DNA of 64,000 bases from Podarcis muralis (taxonomy: Eukaryota): contig NC_135662.1 of the NCBI RefSeq assembly GCF_964188315.1, positions 51,460,001-51,524,000 of the forward strand, in the 5' to 3' direction. The notes under the pieces were generated by a model. It saw only the letters and a program-made list of their open reading frames with translations, had not been told where the DNA came from and did not search any database. Positions 1 to 13,026 of this stretch are shown here, piece by piece (within the stretch, counting starts at the first letter, position 1; every line of letters begins with the position of its first letter). Made by a program: the position numbers and the translations under genes.

Positions 1-989
1 TAAGATGTCTGATGTATTTTTGCACTATGAAATCATGGGAACTGAATTCTATTATGTGTAGGCCATTTAAGGTGCATCTAAGCAGTCACCATAACTAATG
101 GATAAAGTCTGCTGAAAGCCAGTTCTCAAGATTTTCATTCTGCACACTTTTTAACCTTGAAAATGTGTGGCGTTCTGTTTCTGGGTCCTCAGAACAAATT
201 CTTCTTTGTACTTTATAGGTGGACATATGTGATGGATGATTTCCTTAGCTAGTCTGTGGCCCTGAAAACAGTGCAGCTAAGAAATATTCATGGTAACAGG
301 TCTTAGTGCTATGGGCCCACCTGTGCTAAAGTTGCTTGACTTGGATCTAGTTCTGTTTATAGTATATTGGCTGCAGAGCTGCCTAGTTGTAGTGTTTTTG
401 CTGTATGGCTTTGTTTATCTGATCCCTTTGGGGAAAATCTAAAACATTAAAGCCTTGGGTTCTAATAAAATATACATATATGCCTTGTATTCTATATAAC
501 AGCAGATTTTATTCTGTTTTCGCAACTAACCACCATACAATTTCAATGAAAATGTACACTCACCTTTAGCGTCACTGTGACATTAATCCAGAATCATACA
601 GGCTGAAAGATACAGAACTACAGTGAAGTAAAATGCAAGTGAGCAGCCTGGTTCACATTTGTAGCACTTTTATCTGGGGGAGAAGGTGAATCCCTGCTAG
701 ACATTTTACAACAGCATCCTTATGTAGATTCATTCAAATCCAAGCACTTTTTCAAAGCTACTGTTATGAATTTTCCTATCTTTAATGTGCTGTACCTACA
801 CTAATCAGATAGTAAATCTTTTAATTTATCATGACTTTCTTCTGAATTTCAGCAATAGCAGTTACACATTTCTAGTTTCCCACTCCTATATTCTACATAG
901 TCTATATACAAGGCACACATATTGTGGAGCCATTGTGGTATACTTAGGGAACAATCTTATGCACAAGAAGATGGCATAAAGCATACCGC

Positions 990-1270
990 TGTTAAGTTAA
1001 GTAGGCGTGAAGTTACACCAGATCCAAACACCACTCAGCAGCACAGCTGATGTTGCTGCTCTGCCTAAGCCTGGTAGAAGCAGGGGGACAATGTTTTAAT
1101 ATAGTATTTGATGCTGGGTTGCTAGGTCTTGTGACAGAGCTGAACTCGGTCCTAAATCCCCCCTCTGGACCTGCCTACCCACCCACTTTGGGGGACTGAG
1201 CCCCAGCTGAGCCAGGGTGAGCAAGTTATGCTAGTTCATCTTCAGCTGAGCAGAGACTCAGCATTAATAT
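990..1270. repeat. Unclassified dispersed repeat; a second, inverted copy lies at about 35400-35720
   Basis: GCTGGGTTGCT(A/C)GGTCTTGTGAC(A/T)GAGCTGAAC and GCTGCTCTGCCTAAG are shared between the two loci. Confidence 0.6.
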
Positions 1271-4200
1271 TGGTCAAGCCCAGCTGATCTTGCCACATTA
1301 TTGCCTCCCTTAGTGACATATTTGACTAAGTGAAACTAGAATGCCACACCTGATAAAATGCTTATTTTAGGAAAGTCATTTGCTTACATCATATTTTGAT
1401 TCCCAAACACCACATCTGCCTTGATCCCTTGGTCTGTTGGGGAGGGTGATGAATACAAGGCTATCAATTAATGCAAGGGTGACCTATCATTGCACCTTCT
1501 GATGTAATGCCTTGAAGTGTATGTCTTAAAAAGCTTCTCCCATAAGTTGTGTGACACCAAATAGAAAGTAAATGCAGAAATATCCACTAATTTTCAATCT
1601 AGTCACTCAGTGGTCTTGGTTAACTCATCCTTGTTTCAAATACCCCAATAATTTAGGAATTATTTAGAAAGGAACACTGACAGCATGACATTTTTGACAG
1701 TGCCCTCACAGCTACAGGTTTCCCTCCTCAGGTAAATACCCACATACTACTTTTAAAAGAATGTTGACATTGATTTTTAAAAGAGCCATGAACTTTATTT
1801 TTTAAAGATCTATGTTTGTTTGATGTGCTCGTTCTTGAATTTTATTTGTTGCTGCTCATATAGGGTTATTTGGAAAGTTTGTTTTATGTGGTTTTATGTT
1901 TGTTATTTTTTTAAAAAAAATCCTTTTGAACCACCTTGGGAGAGCTGTGCTCTGAAAGGGAGGTTAGGAATAAATAAACCACAAATAAATAATACCTACA
2001 TCGTAGCTCGCCAGGGACAGCTACCAGGAAAAGTGGGATTTTTCTTGGGTCATTTGGCTCAGAAGTCAGCATATGTAGTACTAGCAGCAGCATAATGGTG
2101 ACTGTGATAGAACTAGTCAGGTGAATAAAATTTAGACCTTAGGCATTTCCCTTCATTATTTTTTTAGACAGAAAAGCTTCAAATTCTTTGGATTTCTGAG
2201 AAACCTGAACGCATTATGTGAGAGAAAATCCAGAAATCGCAATCTATTCAGCTGAAGCGCTCCTCTAACAGACATAAGTTTATTAAAGCCCTTTATGAAA
2301 TACTCTATCTGACTACCACTGAAAAGTTAATCACAATATGAAGCTGTGACTGGATATCAGGATTTCCTCCAATAAGCTCTGTGATCTGCACAGAAGGCTC
2401 CACTGTAGCGCTTCTGTGCTTTACATGTTCAGGCTTGGACCCACAAAAACCACTTTAAGCTGAAAAGAAAGGCAAGAAACACAGTAATCAGAATTTAACC
2501 TAATGCAGGAGCATGAAAGGATCTATATAATCATGTGCTTAGTGAAAGCTGCTTGTGCGGTAATTCTCACTAAGCACTCGTTCCTAACGTCCTTAGTAAA
2601 GGCACTGCTTAAAAAGATGGCAAAACTATTCTTGTCAGCAACTAAAATTACTGCAAGGACAGCAATTCTTAAAATACTTTTTGGGTTTGTTTTTTTTTAA
2701 AAAAACACATTTCAAAGCTCAGTGCAGTTGCTTTACACTAATCTAGCAGTTTGGAGAAAACTGCTGGAATGACGATAGAGGTATTCCGCATTTAATGACA
2801 TGGCTTATTAACTTCTTTCATCTTTTTCCAGAAACTGTATCTTGCGTTGTGTGGACCATAGGGTGAAAATGCATCCTACTAGATTTAGGCTGCAATTCTG
2901 TAGCCACTTTCAGGCTACAGTGGGATTTGTTACTGAGTAGACATGTGCAGGGTTGCATTGTTTGTGACTCATTGCAAGCAGAGAGGGCACACATTTCCAG
3001 CTTCAGAGAGGCAGTAGCCATAATCTCTGTGTATGGGAAATGCAGACATTTAGCAGTCTGGCCCCTATAAAACAGAAATACGCTCCTGCAGATTTTAGGG
3101 GTGGGCTGAATGAGGTGAAAAGGAACAACATACTGGATCCTTTTGTTTGTGCTCACTTTTGTTAATAAATATTGGTAAAATAGAAAAGAGAATCTACATA
3201 ATATGAGGCCTAGACAGTGCTCCCCACCCCCTAGAAAAACAGGTCCTGGTACTCACCATGAAGTTGTTACAGCAAGTGCCACACTTTTTAACAACCAAAA
3301 AGAGGCATGCATACCATTGAGTAACCCCTGATATAAAAAGCACTGGGCCTGGATGATATTATACGGACCAAATATCCATATTTACCAGGGATCGTCTGGT
3401 TTTTCTGGGGCTATGCTGAACATTTCTCCTTTTTCCTACTCAGCCATTTCCCTTTCACTTAACAAGATAATAAAATGTATTTGAAAATTATCAAAAGGCA
3501 GATATCATAGGTGTTTTGTCACACATTTTTATTTTCAAGGTGTCTGTTGGATGTTTTCAAGTGGCCTCCCTTTACTTCAGCAAATCACCTCTCCAGTGGT
3601 CTGCATTCTGTAGCCCTCCCAGGGGTCTTTGTTTCAATCAAAGCCCAGAGAAAGACATCATGAAGTAACTTCCTTCAGGAATTGCTGATAGCCAGGGACA
3701 CTGCAGACTGCTAAAGGAAATGTTTACTGGCAAGAAAACACTGACACCCACACACCCACACACCCCACCCCAGGCCACCTTATAGTGATAAGGCAAAACC
3801 CAACACTGCAAGAAATTATCAAGTGCCCTGAGAATGAGAAAAATGGAAGCGTGTTTCACAGGGCAAGAACACTTATGAGAAATTGGAGGGTGGATGTTGG
3901 TATTGAACTAGAATTTTCTAGTAACTGTCCTGGGAGAATGACTGTCCTTTTGCTTTTGATGCCAGAGATATTCAAGTTTCACTCTCCAATCTCTAGAGCT
4001 TGAAGGGGAGGGAGGAATGAATCCTAACTCCCATGCAAATAGATGCAAATTTCAAAACACTAGTGCACTATTTTCCTACCACCTCCCCATAACTCTCAAA
4101 CATCCTTATGCATTGCTTCTTTCCACATATACTTTTATTAGTTTAGGATATTAATAAAATACTAATGAAAGGATGGAGCAGCTCTAAAGCCTTACTATGA

Positions 4201-4286
4201 CCTAAAGAGGGCATGGGAACTCCAACTCCCTTCTGTCCCAGACATAATGGTCAAAAGTCAAGAATGACGGAAATCGTAGTTCAACA

Positions 4287-5054
4287 TTTGCACTTCAAGG
4301 ACCTCAGGTAACCCCCCAGAAATAAATTCATACAGACTCAAATTTTAATTTTAAAATTAATGGGCAAATTTAGGCCACAACTTTATTGATTACACAATGT
4401 GAGCAGTATTGGCTTAGGCATTGACAAACTAAAACTGACCCCTTCCAGGAGGTCTGGATGGGTAGACCAAACGAGGGAGCTAAATCGATGCAAATCAGCT
4501 GTAGCTCACCCCAGGTTTCCTGTGGTCCTGGCATGCCCCTAGCCCCTCAAGCGGACTTTGGATGAGATCCAGAACACCCAGATTCCTTTAACGGAATACC
4601 CTTTTTTAAGGAGGAGCAGGTGATGGCCACACCTCCCCTCCCCCAACCACACTAAGTCAATGCCTAACCGCCAAACCTTACAAAGTTGTGACGATTGCTG
4701 GGAGGTAGGCGAGAACCCAAATGGCCAGTGCCCATCTGCCAAGTGGACAAAATTCCTACCAGGCCCCTGCCACAAAACAGGTGACCAACTGAAGTCCCAA
4801 GCAAGGCCAGAGCACAGAAACCAAAGAGGCCGGGTGGGCAGGTGTTTGGCAGTGTGAAGCAACTGGCTCTGACATGTCACGCTGCCGTTTATAAACCCGC
4901 ACCCTCCCCAACTTGCAAAACAACCTGATTGGGTGCTGGAAATGGGGTGATCGAGAGACCACCCCAGGAATGCCTGGGCTAAGCCCTGCTTCCGGATGCC
5001 ATGGGGGGGCCCAAGGTCCTGAGTGCAATTAGGACCCTCTTTGAAGAGGATCCC
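4287..5054. mobile_element. Unclassified ATIR-plus-hairpin element, copy A
   Basis: TTGCACTTCAAGGACC (from 4288) pairs with GGTCCTGAGTGCAA (5015-5028). Hairpin GGACCCTCT-ttga-AGAGGATCC at 5032-5053. GGCCACAACTTTATT at 4373-4387. The element interrupts a short squamate repeat. Confidence 0.7.
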
Positions 5055-6410
5055 ATATCCAGGACTGCAACTTCCTTCCTCCAGGCAAGAGGTGGATCTA
5101 GCTAGAGCATGGAAGCTTTGCCAGCTTGGGTTAGGGGCTGCATTTTTAAAGAGTGGGGAGATTTTTTGGGTGGGGGCCGGGTTGCAGTTTCATTTTCCCA
5201 AAGGGAAAATAATATGCAAAGGATTCCCTGCAGCTTGGTAAATTGACAATAGTGTCTTCAGCAACAAGGAAAAGCTCTGTAACACACCCTCCTTCATGTG
5301 TTAATAATTAGAGAGACAACAGCGACTCCCTGTGCAAATTGAAGCTTTTTATCTGCAAATATTATGAGATGCAAAAGGAAAGGAAATGTATCTACAGAAA
5401 AACACACATCCTTTTAGGGGGTGTTTTTAAATGTGTTTGTTTCTTGTCCTGCTTTGACCATTTGCTTTGTGGAGGCGCAATATTCATTCTTTGTCAGTGT
5501 TTAATGTTGCAGAAGCCATTTCACTTTGCTTTCCAAAGGCAGAGGTTTCCTATCAAAAGAATGTACCATAAATGATGTTAATGCATAATGATGAACTTTT
5601 TTTTCTAGCACACATTCCTTTTTATTGACATAGTTCTCTGCTACTTTCCCTTCACATATAAAATGCATTAGAAAGGCTGTATTGCCAATCCAAATAATTA
5701 AAAAAACTCAGCCAGCAATGTAAATGAATTTCACAAAACCACTATGCAAAGACACTTGAATAAAGTGTCAGGTAGCCTACATAATATGAAATTCAAATAC
5801 AGCCTTTCCTCAGGTTGGGATTCCTTTGTCAGGAGAGAGCTGCCGGACTCTTATGGTGTTATATATCCTTTTTTTTAAAAAAAACCCACAAATATATAAG
5901 TAGAGTTTAGGTAGAGGAAAAATTAAAACAAAGATAAAGCACTATTTCTTTTTTCTTTGCCTGTTGAATATAGTGTTTTCCAGTTTCCTTCTCACATTTA
6001 TTATGTATATATGGCAACTTGTATTTCTCCAAGGGAATCCTTCCCTCACCCCAATTCTGTCAATATTTCCAGCCTTATTTCCAGACTATCTTTTTTATTT
6101 CATTTTGTAGCTTATCTCGGCTCTCCCTAGTGTTGCAATATATCCCATTTTTATCACTGGCAAATGCCATTAAAATGCTGTTTATCTCCTCTTCCTGATC
6201 ATTAATGTAGGTGTTATAAACAACGTGGATCCTGTTTTTTGCCCCAGGGAACATTTCCTTCCATTTGATGTGTTGAAGTTTATCATATTCCTTTATTTAT
6301 GATCCTTCAGTTACTTTCCAATTCTCTTGACAAACTAGGTAGGTATAATTGTCAAGAATATGGAGTATCTGGCTGCTGACTTATTTACCTTGAGGCGTTC
6401 ACTGTTTACT

Positions 6411-6482
6411 TTCTTCTTCTTCTTCTTCTTCTTCTTCTTCTTCTTCTTCTTCTTCTTCTTCTTCTTCTTCTTCTTCTTCTTC
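6411..6482. repeat. (TTC)24 microsatellite
   Basis: Read directly. Confidence 0.98.
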
Positions 6483-6869
6483 TGTGCTAGGCTTTCTTTA
6501 GGTGTCATATAAACTGCTAGTTATCTGGTACAATTTGTATACTTTCAAATACCATCAAAATTATAGGCTCCTCTTTTCTTTAGTGTAGTATTACTCTGGC
6601 TGATTCTGTGATGTCTTGAAGCACCTGTTCCTTCAAATATATGAAGCATGACTCAGTTGGTGTCAGGCAAACAATTTAGGAAAAATGAGGGACATCTGCT
6701 GCCACCTTATTGAGGATCCACTCTGTATTTATCAAGAGTTGCTTCGTCATATTTATCAAACACCAAGTGCTTACATCTTGTTGGCATGTAGTGAATCATG
6801 GGGCAACAGAAGTGTGCATGTCTTGAGCGGGTAGGAGAACCGCAACCGTCAGATGATGGTAATTGTTGT

Positions 6870-7056
6870 GCTACACACCCTCCAACATTTCTTCAATAAA
6901 AATAGGGACATCCAACCATACCATTCAACATTTCTCAGATGAAAATAGGGGTGTCCTTAGGAAAAGCAGGACATTCCAGAATCAAATAGGAAACCGGGAC
7001 AGCTTCTGTAAATCCAGGATTGTCCCTGGAAAATAGGGACACTTTGGGGGTCTGGT
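6870..7056. mobile_element. Degenerate MITE-like fragment
   Basis: Repeated AAATAGGGAC and GGGACA motifs, as seen in vertebrate DNA-transposon MITEs. Confidence 0.4.
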
Positions 7057-7527
7057 GCTATACCATGTCAACTAGTGTAAATGAAATTTAGCGTGCCATG
7101 ATGGTATAACAGTCAAATAGCCACAGCTGTATAAGGCAATGGGTGCTGCTGTTTAAAAGGAACGTTAGCAATAGGGACAGTTTGTATCCATTAAAATAAC
7201 ACAATAAACCCCTGTCTGAATGCAGTCTTCATGGCTACATTGAGCTGGACTGCCTTTAAATAACATAACCAATTCAATATTAATGGCAAACAACTGGTTT
7301 GTTAATTGTGCATCCAGCACGTGCAGTTCATGAACACAGAAGTACTAGAGCTTGTGTTAGAAAAGGAGTGTTTAATAGGACATCTGAAATAGGAATGTTT
7401 GTGGAATTCTTTGTGAATTCTGGTATCAAGGGAGCTGATTCGAGCCACCTGGATTAATGTATAGAATTGAATTAGTTATCCACTGGCTTTCACCCTTCCC
7501 AAACATCGCATTTCAATCACAGTTTTT

Positions 7528-7528
<1 letters not shown>

Positions 7529-7563
<35 letters not shown>
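7529..7563. repeat. (AC)17 microsatellite
   Basis: Read directly. Confidence 0.97.
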
Positions 7564-7569
<6 letters not shown>

Positions 7570-8486
7570 ATACACATTTTTAAATTAAGTTTTAGATAAA
7601 ACACATTTAGAAATCTATTTCTTTGAGAAAGCATATCATTGGAATACATGTTTTCATATGGACATTTTCATATGGACTTAAAAAATAATAATAATTACAA
7701 TTGGCACAGAAAAAGGACTGAAAATGTATTGAAAGCAGATTTATTCATCCATTCCCTAGTCTGAAAGGGGTTAGCTATGCACATAGAGCTGTAATTTTAC
7801 AGAGGCTACATGTGATCAGGAATTCTGACCGTGCTGGATTTTTTATCAACCGGAGGGTCTCAATATTTAGATTGTATGCATACCTGTTGACTGTATGCAC
7901 TCAGTCTCAGCTATTTCACTGAATATGTGGACATCAAGTGGGATGACAGATGGATCTCTTATTGTTATAAGAAATAAGAACAAAGCCTCCTTTACTTAAG
8001 AGAGAGGAATGTGGGTGATTATCATCTGTGCTCACAGGTATCCTTGCGTGTCTCTGCCAATAAGCGCATTGAAGAATTATATTTAGTTTTCATAGCCACG
8101 TTCACCCCCAGTTATGTATCTCCGAGACAAAGTTTCATTCTTCACTTTTAAGGAGATCTGTAAAACTTCAGGAACTCCTTGGTGCTACACCACATAAAAG
8201 TAATTTAACGAAGTGTAGTGAGGAAACTCTCAAACTGTAGTGTCCATTGCTTTTACTTTGACACCTCCACATAAAAGAGGACGCATGCCCTGAAAACTCA
8301 AAGTACCATGTTATATGGAGTTTTGTGTGCTGTTATTTTATATCCTCCAGCTAAAGGGAGAACAGCATAGCCTGTGCTTCCAAATATCAAATCCACTGAA
8401 TTTCATATTTCATCAGATCCCTAAAGGCAGAAGGTGTACACATGCTGTTATGTCCTACATTCTGGCTTTCCAGAATGTATATATAT

Positions 8487-8832
8487 GGGATGTGGGTGGC
8501 ACTGTGGGTTAAAGCACAGAGCCTAGGGATTGTCGATCAGAATATCGGTGGTTTGAATCCCCGTGACAGTGTGAGCTCCTGTTGCTCAGTCCCTGCTCCT
8601 GCCAACCTAGCACCTCGAAAGCACGAAGTGCAAGTAAATAGGTACCGCTCCAGTGGGAAGGTAAATGACACTTCCATGCGCTGCTCTGGTTTGCCAGAAG
8701 CGGCTTTGTCATGCTGGCCACATAACCTGGAAGCTGTACGCCAGCTACCTCGGCCAATAAAGCGAGATGAGTGCTGCAACCCCAGAATTGTTCGCGACTG
8801 GATGTAATGGTCAGGGGTCCCTTTAACTTTAC
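8487..8832 (+). mobile_element. Sauria SINE, full length
   Basis: GGGATGTGGGTGGCACTGTGGGTTAAA head, tRNA-like B box GGTTTGAATCC, and a CCCTTTAACTTT tail. Confidence 0.9.
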
Positions 8833-8847
8833 ACACACACACACATA

Positions 8848-9078
8848 CAATGGTACTTCGGGTTACAGATGCTTCAGGTTACAGACGCTTCAGATTACAA
8901 ACTCTGCCTAACCAGAAGTAGTACCTCAGGTTAAGAACTTTACTTCAGGATGAGAACAGAAATCATGCGGTGGCAGCGGGAGGTCCCATTAGCTAAAGTG
9001 GTGCCTCAGGTTAAGAACAGTTTCAGGTTAAGAACGGACCTCCAGAATGAATTAAGTTCTTAACCTAAGGTATCGCTG
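8848..9078. mobile_element. Tc1/mariner-type MITE (TTAACCTGA-rich subfamily)
   Basis: TA flanks; TIR CAATGGTACTT...AAGGTATCGCTG (degenerate CAGTGGTACCTC). Confidence 0.75.
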
Positions 9079-9728
9079 TATATAAAATTTCATTTCATTA
9101 TTATAATAACCAAATGAGGTAGATTAGGCTGAGAGAGTAAGAAATCCCTGAAACCTTTTAAGCAACTAAGCAACTTTCATTGTGGGGCAAAGATTGAGTC
9201 TGTGGCTACCCAGTACTTAAACTTACCTCTTTAGTATCTCCAGGCTGGGTGAATTGACCTAAAGTTGCTGGTGAACTGTCCTGTCTGGGGACTGCAGTAG
9301 ATATTATGGACAGCAGAGGTGGCTAACTGAGGCTCTCCAGATTTTGTTGTACTCCAACTCCCATCAGCCCTAACCAGCATGACCGATGGTCAGTTATCAT
9401 GGAAGCTGTAGTCAAGCATCATCTATGCCACGTCCAACCTCCAAGAGACTGTGATCTACTCCCACTATAAATAAACTGGCAGTGATCTACCCATTGGATT
9501 GACCAGAGTTGCTAAGCTTTTTTTTGGGGGGGGGGGGGGAGACTTCTTCATAGTTGTTGAGCTTTTTTGGGGGGAGGCTTCATCAAAATTGATGAGCTAT
9601 TTTTAGGGAGGATGAGCCAAAGTTGTTGAGCTTTTTTCTTCTTCATAAGATCAGTTGGACATACCTGAGGGTCAGAGGATATTCACCCCTGACATAGGTG
9701 ACATATGACTAGATGTACTGTACCTATA

Positions 9729-10085
9729 GGGACGTGGGTGGTGCTGTGGGTTAAACCACAGAGCCTAGGACTTCCCGATTAGAAGGTTGGCGGTTTGAAT
9801 CCCCGTGACGGGGTGAGCTCCCGTTGCTCGGTCCCTGCTCCTTCCAACCTAGCAGTTCAAAAGCACATCAAAGTGCAAGTAGATAAATAGGTACTGCTCC
9901 ATCAGGAAGGTAAACGGCGTTTCCCTGCGCTGCTCTGGTTTGCCAGAAGCGTCTTAGTCATGCTGGCCACATGACCCGGAAGCTGTACGCCGGCTCCCTC
10001 GGCCAATAAAGTGAGATGAGCGCTGCAACCCCAGGGTCGGTCACAACTGGACCTAATGGTCAGGGGTCCCTTTACCTTTACCTCT
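9729..10085 (+). mobile_element. Sauria SINE, full length, with 12-bp TSD
   Basis: TSD TACTGTACCTAT at 9716-9727 and 10086-10097; (ACCTTT)n tail. Confidence 0.93.
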
Positions 10086-10294
10086 TACTGTACCTATGCA
10101 GTTCTATTATTCAAATAGGAACTATTGAGAAAAGGATTTAGGTCAGGACTGCAGTATGGGGAAGGAGAGTTGAATACTTTCCTTATCCAAATGACTTCCT
10201 CACACCGTTGTTAGTCAAAAAGAGGGATGCATAATAGCTCATTTCTCTTGCTCCCTTCATATGCTTTACAGGAGAAGAAATTATGTGGGCAGAA

Positions 10295-10297
<3 letters not shown>

Positions 10298-10337
<40 letters not shown>
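10298..10337. repeat. (CT)n microsatellite
   Basis: Read directly. Confidence 0.97.
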
Positions 10338-10339
<2 letters not shown>

Positions 10340-12207
10340 CCTTCACATGAATATTCATTCTCCTCTACCCCCTGCAAAAGAGAAAACAAAACAAAACCCT
10401 ACACAGCCTTCAGGAAAGTTCTAGAACATTACTTGGTGAGATCCAGTCACAGAACAACTAATTTTGGCCCTAAGAAACTCAAGCTATAGAACAAATTGGC
10501 GGAAAGGGGCTGTGGAGGATTTGCAGAGGAAGCCTGGGTACAAAACTGTCAGAGACGCTTTAAGTGAAGGTTATTTTGTTTTAAATAAAGATTGAATTAA
10601 ATTACCAATATTGTCTCTTACCAATTCTACTGCACTATAGTTAAGATGGCAGGCAAATTGTCCCTTTACCAGCAGCTTTCCACTTAGCCTATACTCTTCA
10701 GGTTTCTGTTTCTGTCTAACAAGCAAGTATAATAGTACAAACACTGATATTTGCAATTCCGTTTGCTTTTTGCTTCTCCATTTTTGCCTCAATGGTAATT
10801 CATTTGAGATTTCCTGTCTGGTGTTTCTTTTGCTTTTGTTCTTAAAAACAAAGTAGCTGATGGACTTGTTTTCCTTATCACAATGCCAGCTTTCGGGTAT
10901 TGAAATGTTTCAATTGATTACACGACGCGGAGGCCATAAAATAAACACCTAATAGAAACATGGTAAATAAATAAGAGGCAGGGCTCTCTTTGCACCGGAT
11001 GCCATTTGAATGCATTTGATAGCTTTTAGATCACTACATTTTGTGCTGATCAGCCAGATGGATAAAGTGACAGAGAATAATAGTTCTGAGCCAATTTTAT
11101 ACTGGCTGTAGATTGTGCAAACAAAAATACAGCAGGGGAATTTAATTTGGAAGACTGACTCTATTCCTGAAAGATGAAATGGAATGGGATCATTTTCTGA
11201 AGAGCTGGATTAACATTAAAGTGTTTTACTATCTTATTATCTAATGTTATACATAAAGTTTTATGTCCACCAGCTTAGCATTTTAAAGATCTTTAATACT
11301 GTGACAATAAAATTGAGTGCTGCAGCTAATTTTATATTCCATAATAAAAAAAATAAATCTGTGCTGGGAAATCAGTCATTTTTTAAGCTCTTAATAAAAA
11401 GGGAAAATGCCCAGATGTGAATAGTATTTGGTTTTTTGCAACATGCTTGATTACCATAGTTAAGTTGAATATTGATTCACACTTGAACTTTTTCAGGTTC
11501 TGCCAGTGAGAAAATTAATTAGGATTTTAACAAGAAGTCACACTTAATTATGAATAGATATCGGCTGTTACAGAGATCTATGTTTTAACACAGATAAATT
11601 AGATTTATTTCAATTTGCTATTTCAAAATAAATACTTTTGCTGAGAGTAAAGTATATGTACAGCCACAACAAAGACAAATCACAAATTATGTGCACCTAT
11701 TAATTTGTCTGAGGAAATGTAGGTGAAAGTATCAGAGAGAGAAAAATGTGAAAAATAAAATGTCTGTCACAACCGAGTTTCAGATTTGTCTAGATAATTC
11801 TAGAATTGGCAGTGAAACACATTGGGTTTTTTCATTCTCTCCAAGATTTCAGGTGTTTCTGTATTCACTATAAACTGTACAAAATTCCATACTGTATGAA
11901 ATACATATACATTTTTGATTGTGATTATTAAATTGTAGCCAGCAGAACTTTGTAAATAGCTGAAAAGCTTAAACTGCACAGAATACTGAAAGAAAATTAA
12001 GTTTTTCTGTACTTGTAATGTTGAATGTCTTTTTCGGAAGAGGAAAAAATAGCACATACTGATAATCTGAGATGATCATTTTAAGCAAGGATGTCTTTTC
12101 AAATGCAATATCCCTGTGCACAGAAAATAATGTCTCAACAACAGGTGCACCAACTCACAATTTGCTTATATCAGAATCTTCCATTTTTGAAGGGAAGGTG
12201 GGTAGCC

Positions 12208-12213
12208 TTTATT
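12208..12213 (-). terminator. Candidate polyadenylation signal AATAAA for CDH19
   Basis: AATAAA on the minus strand about 235 nt after the stop. Others occur further on (e.g. 11604-11609), so usage is unverified. Confidence 0.35.
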
Positions 12214-12445
12214 CTAGCATCGTTTCTGCAAGATGCTGCCAGTACACAAATATATTTCTAACAACCATATGCCAAAAATACAATTTAAATAATAAGACTT
12301 GTGCTGTATTTCAAAACGGCTTGGCTTTGCCATCTGTGTTGATATTTCCAACTTTCTTTGATACAATAAGAGAGTTGCAGTCTTTTGTAACTATTGCCAC
12401 AGTCATGTCTGCTGGACTTTCCCATAATGTCACAATTAGCAGTGC

Positions 12446-12939
12446 CTATGGCTTTGCCCTCTTTGCAGAGCCCCAGGGGCTTCTTACATACTTGAAGCGA
12501 GATCCCAGTTCAGGAACATAGTCATAACTTTCATCCTGTTCAGAAGAACTTGATCCCAGGGAGCTAAGCGATCCAGCCACTGACCCAGTACCTTCAAAAG
12601 CATATATCTGAAGGGAATCATAAGGGGGAACATCGGGATCAGAGTTGGCTTCTTCTAACTTCATTGTAATGAATTCCCGGAAAACAGCACTCTCGGGGCC
12701 AACCTGCAGAGATTGCCTGTAAAGGCTCTGGATCTGTGTTGTGATATTTCTTCGAGGTTTGTTTTCTCTGAGGACAGTTTGGTTCCTCAGAGCTGAAATA
12801 TCAAAAGCCTCCGTGTCCTGCTCCCCACCTCCTTCGTCGTCATACTTCACAATGTTTTCTCTGAATGCTTCTCCTCCTTTCTTGTGAAATAGAGATTGCT
12901 TTGTCTGCTGCTTCAAGGCCACAATTGCTAGAATAAAAA
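12446..12939 (-). CDS. CDH19: CDH19 last coding exon (cytoplasmic domain), 494 nt to stop
   Basis: TTGGCAG|VFILAIVAL...[16 protein letters not shown] (p120 core)...[28 protein letters not shown]...; TAG at 12448-12446. Confidence 0.95.
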
Positions 12940-12987
12940 CTGCCAAGCAAACAAATAAAAGCGTGGTGCTGGTGAAATACTTGAGAA

Positions 12988-13026
<39 letters not shown>

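Noticed and set aside
5800-6600. Possible degenerate L1-like fragment on the minus strand
   Set aside because: Only compositional resemblance and broken frames; I could not identify a diagnostic motif.
12072-12521. 149-aa plus-strand ORF
   Set aside because: It is antisense to the CDH19 stop and 3' UTR, with no recognisable domain.
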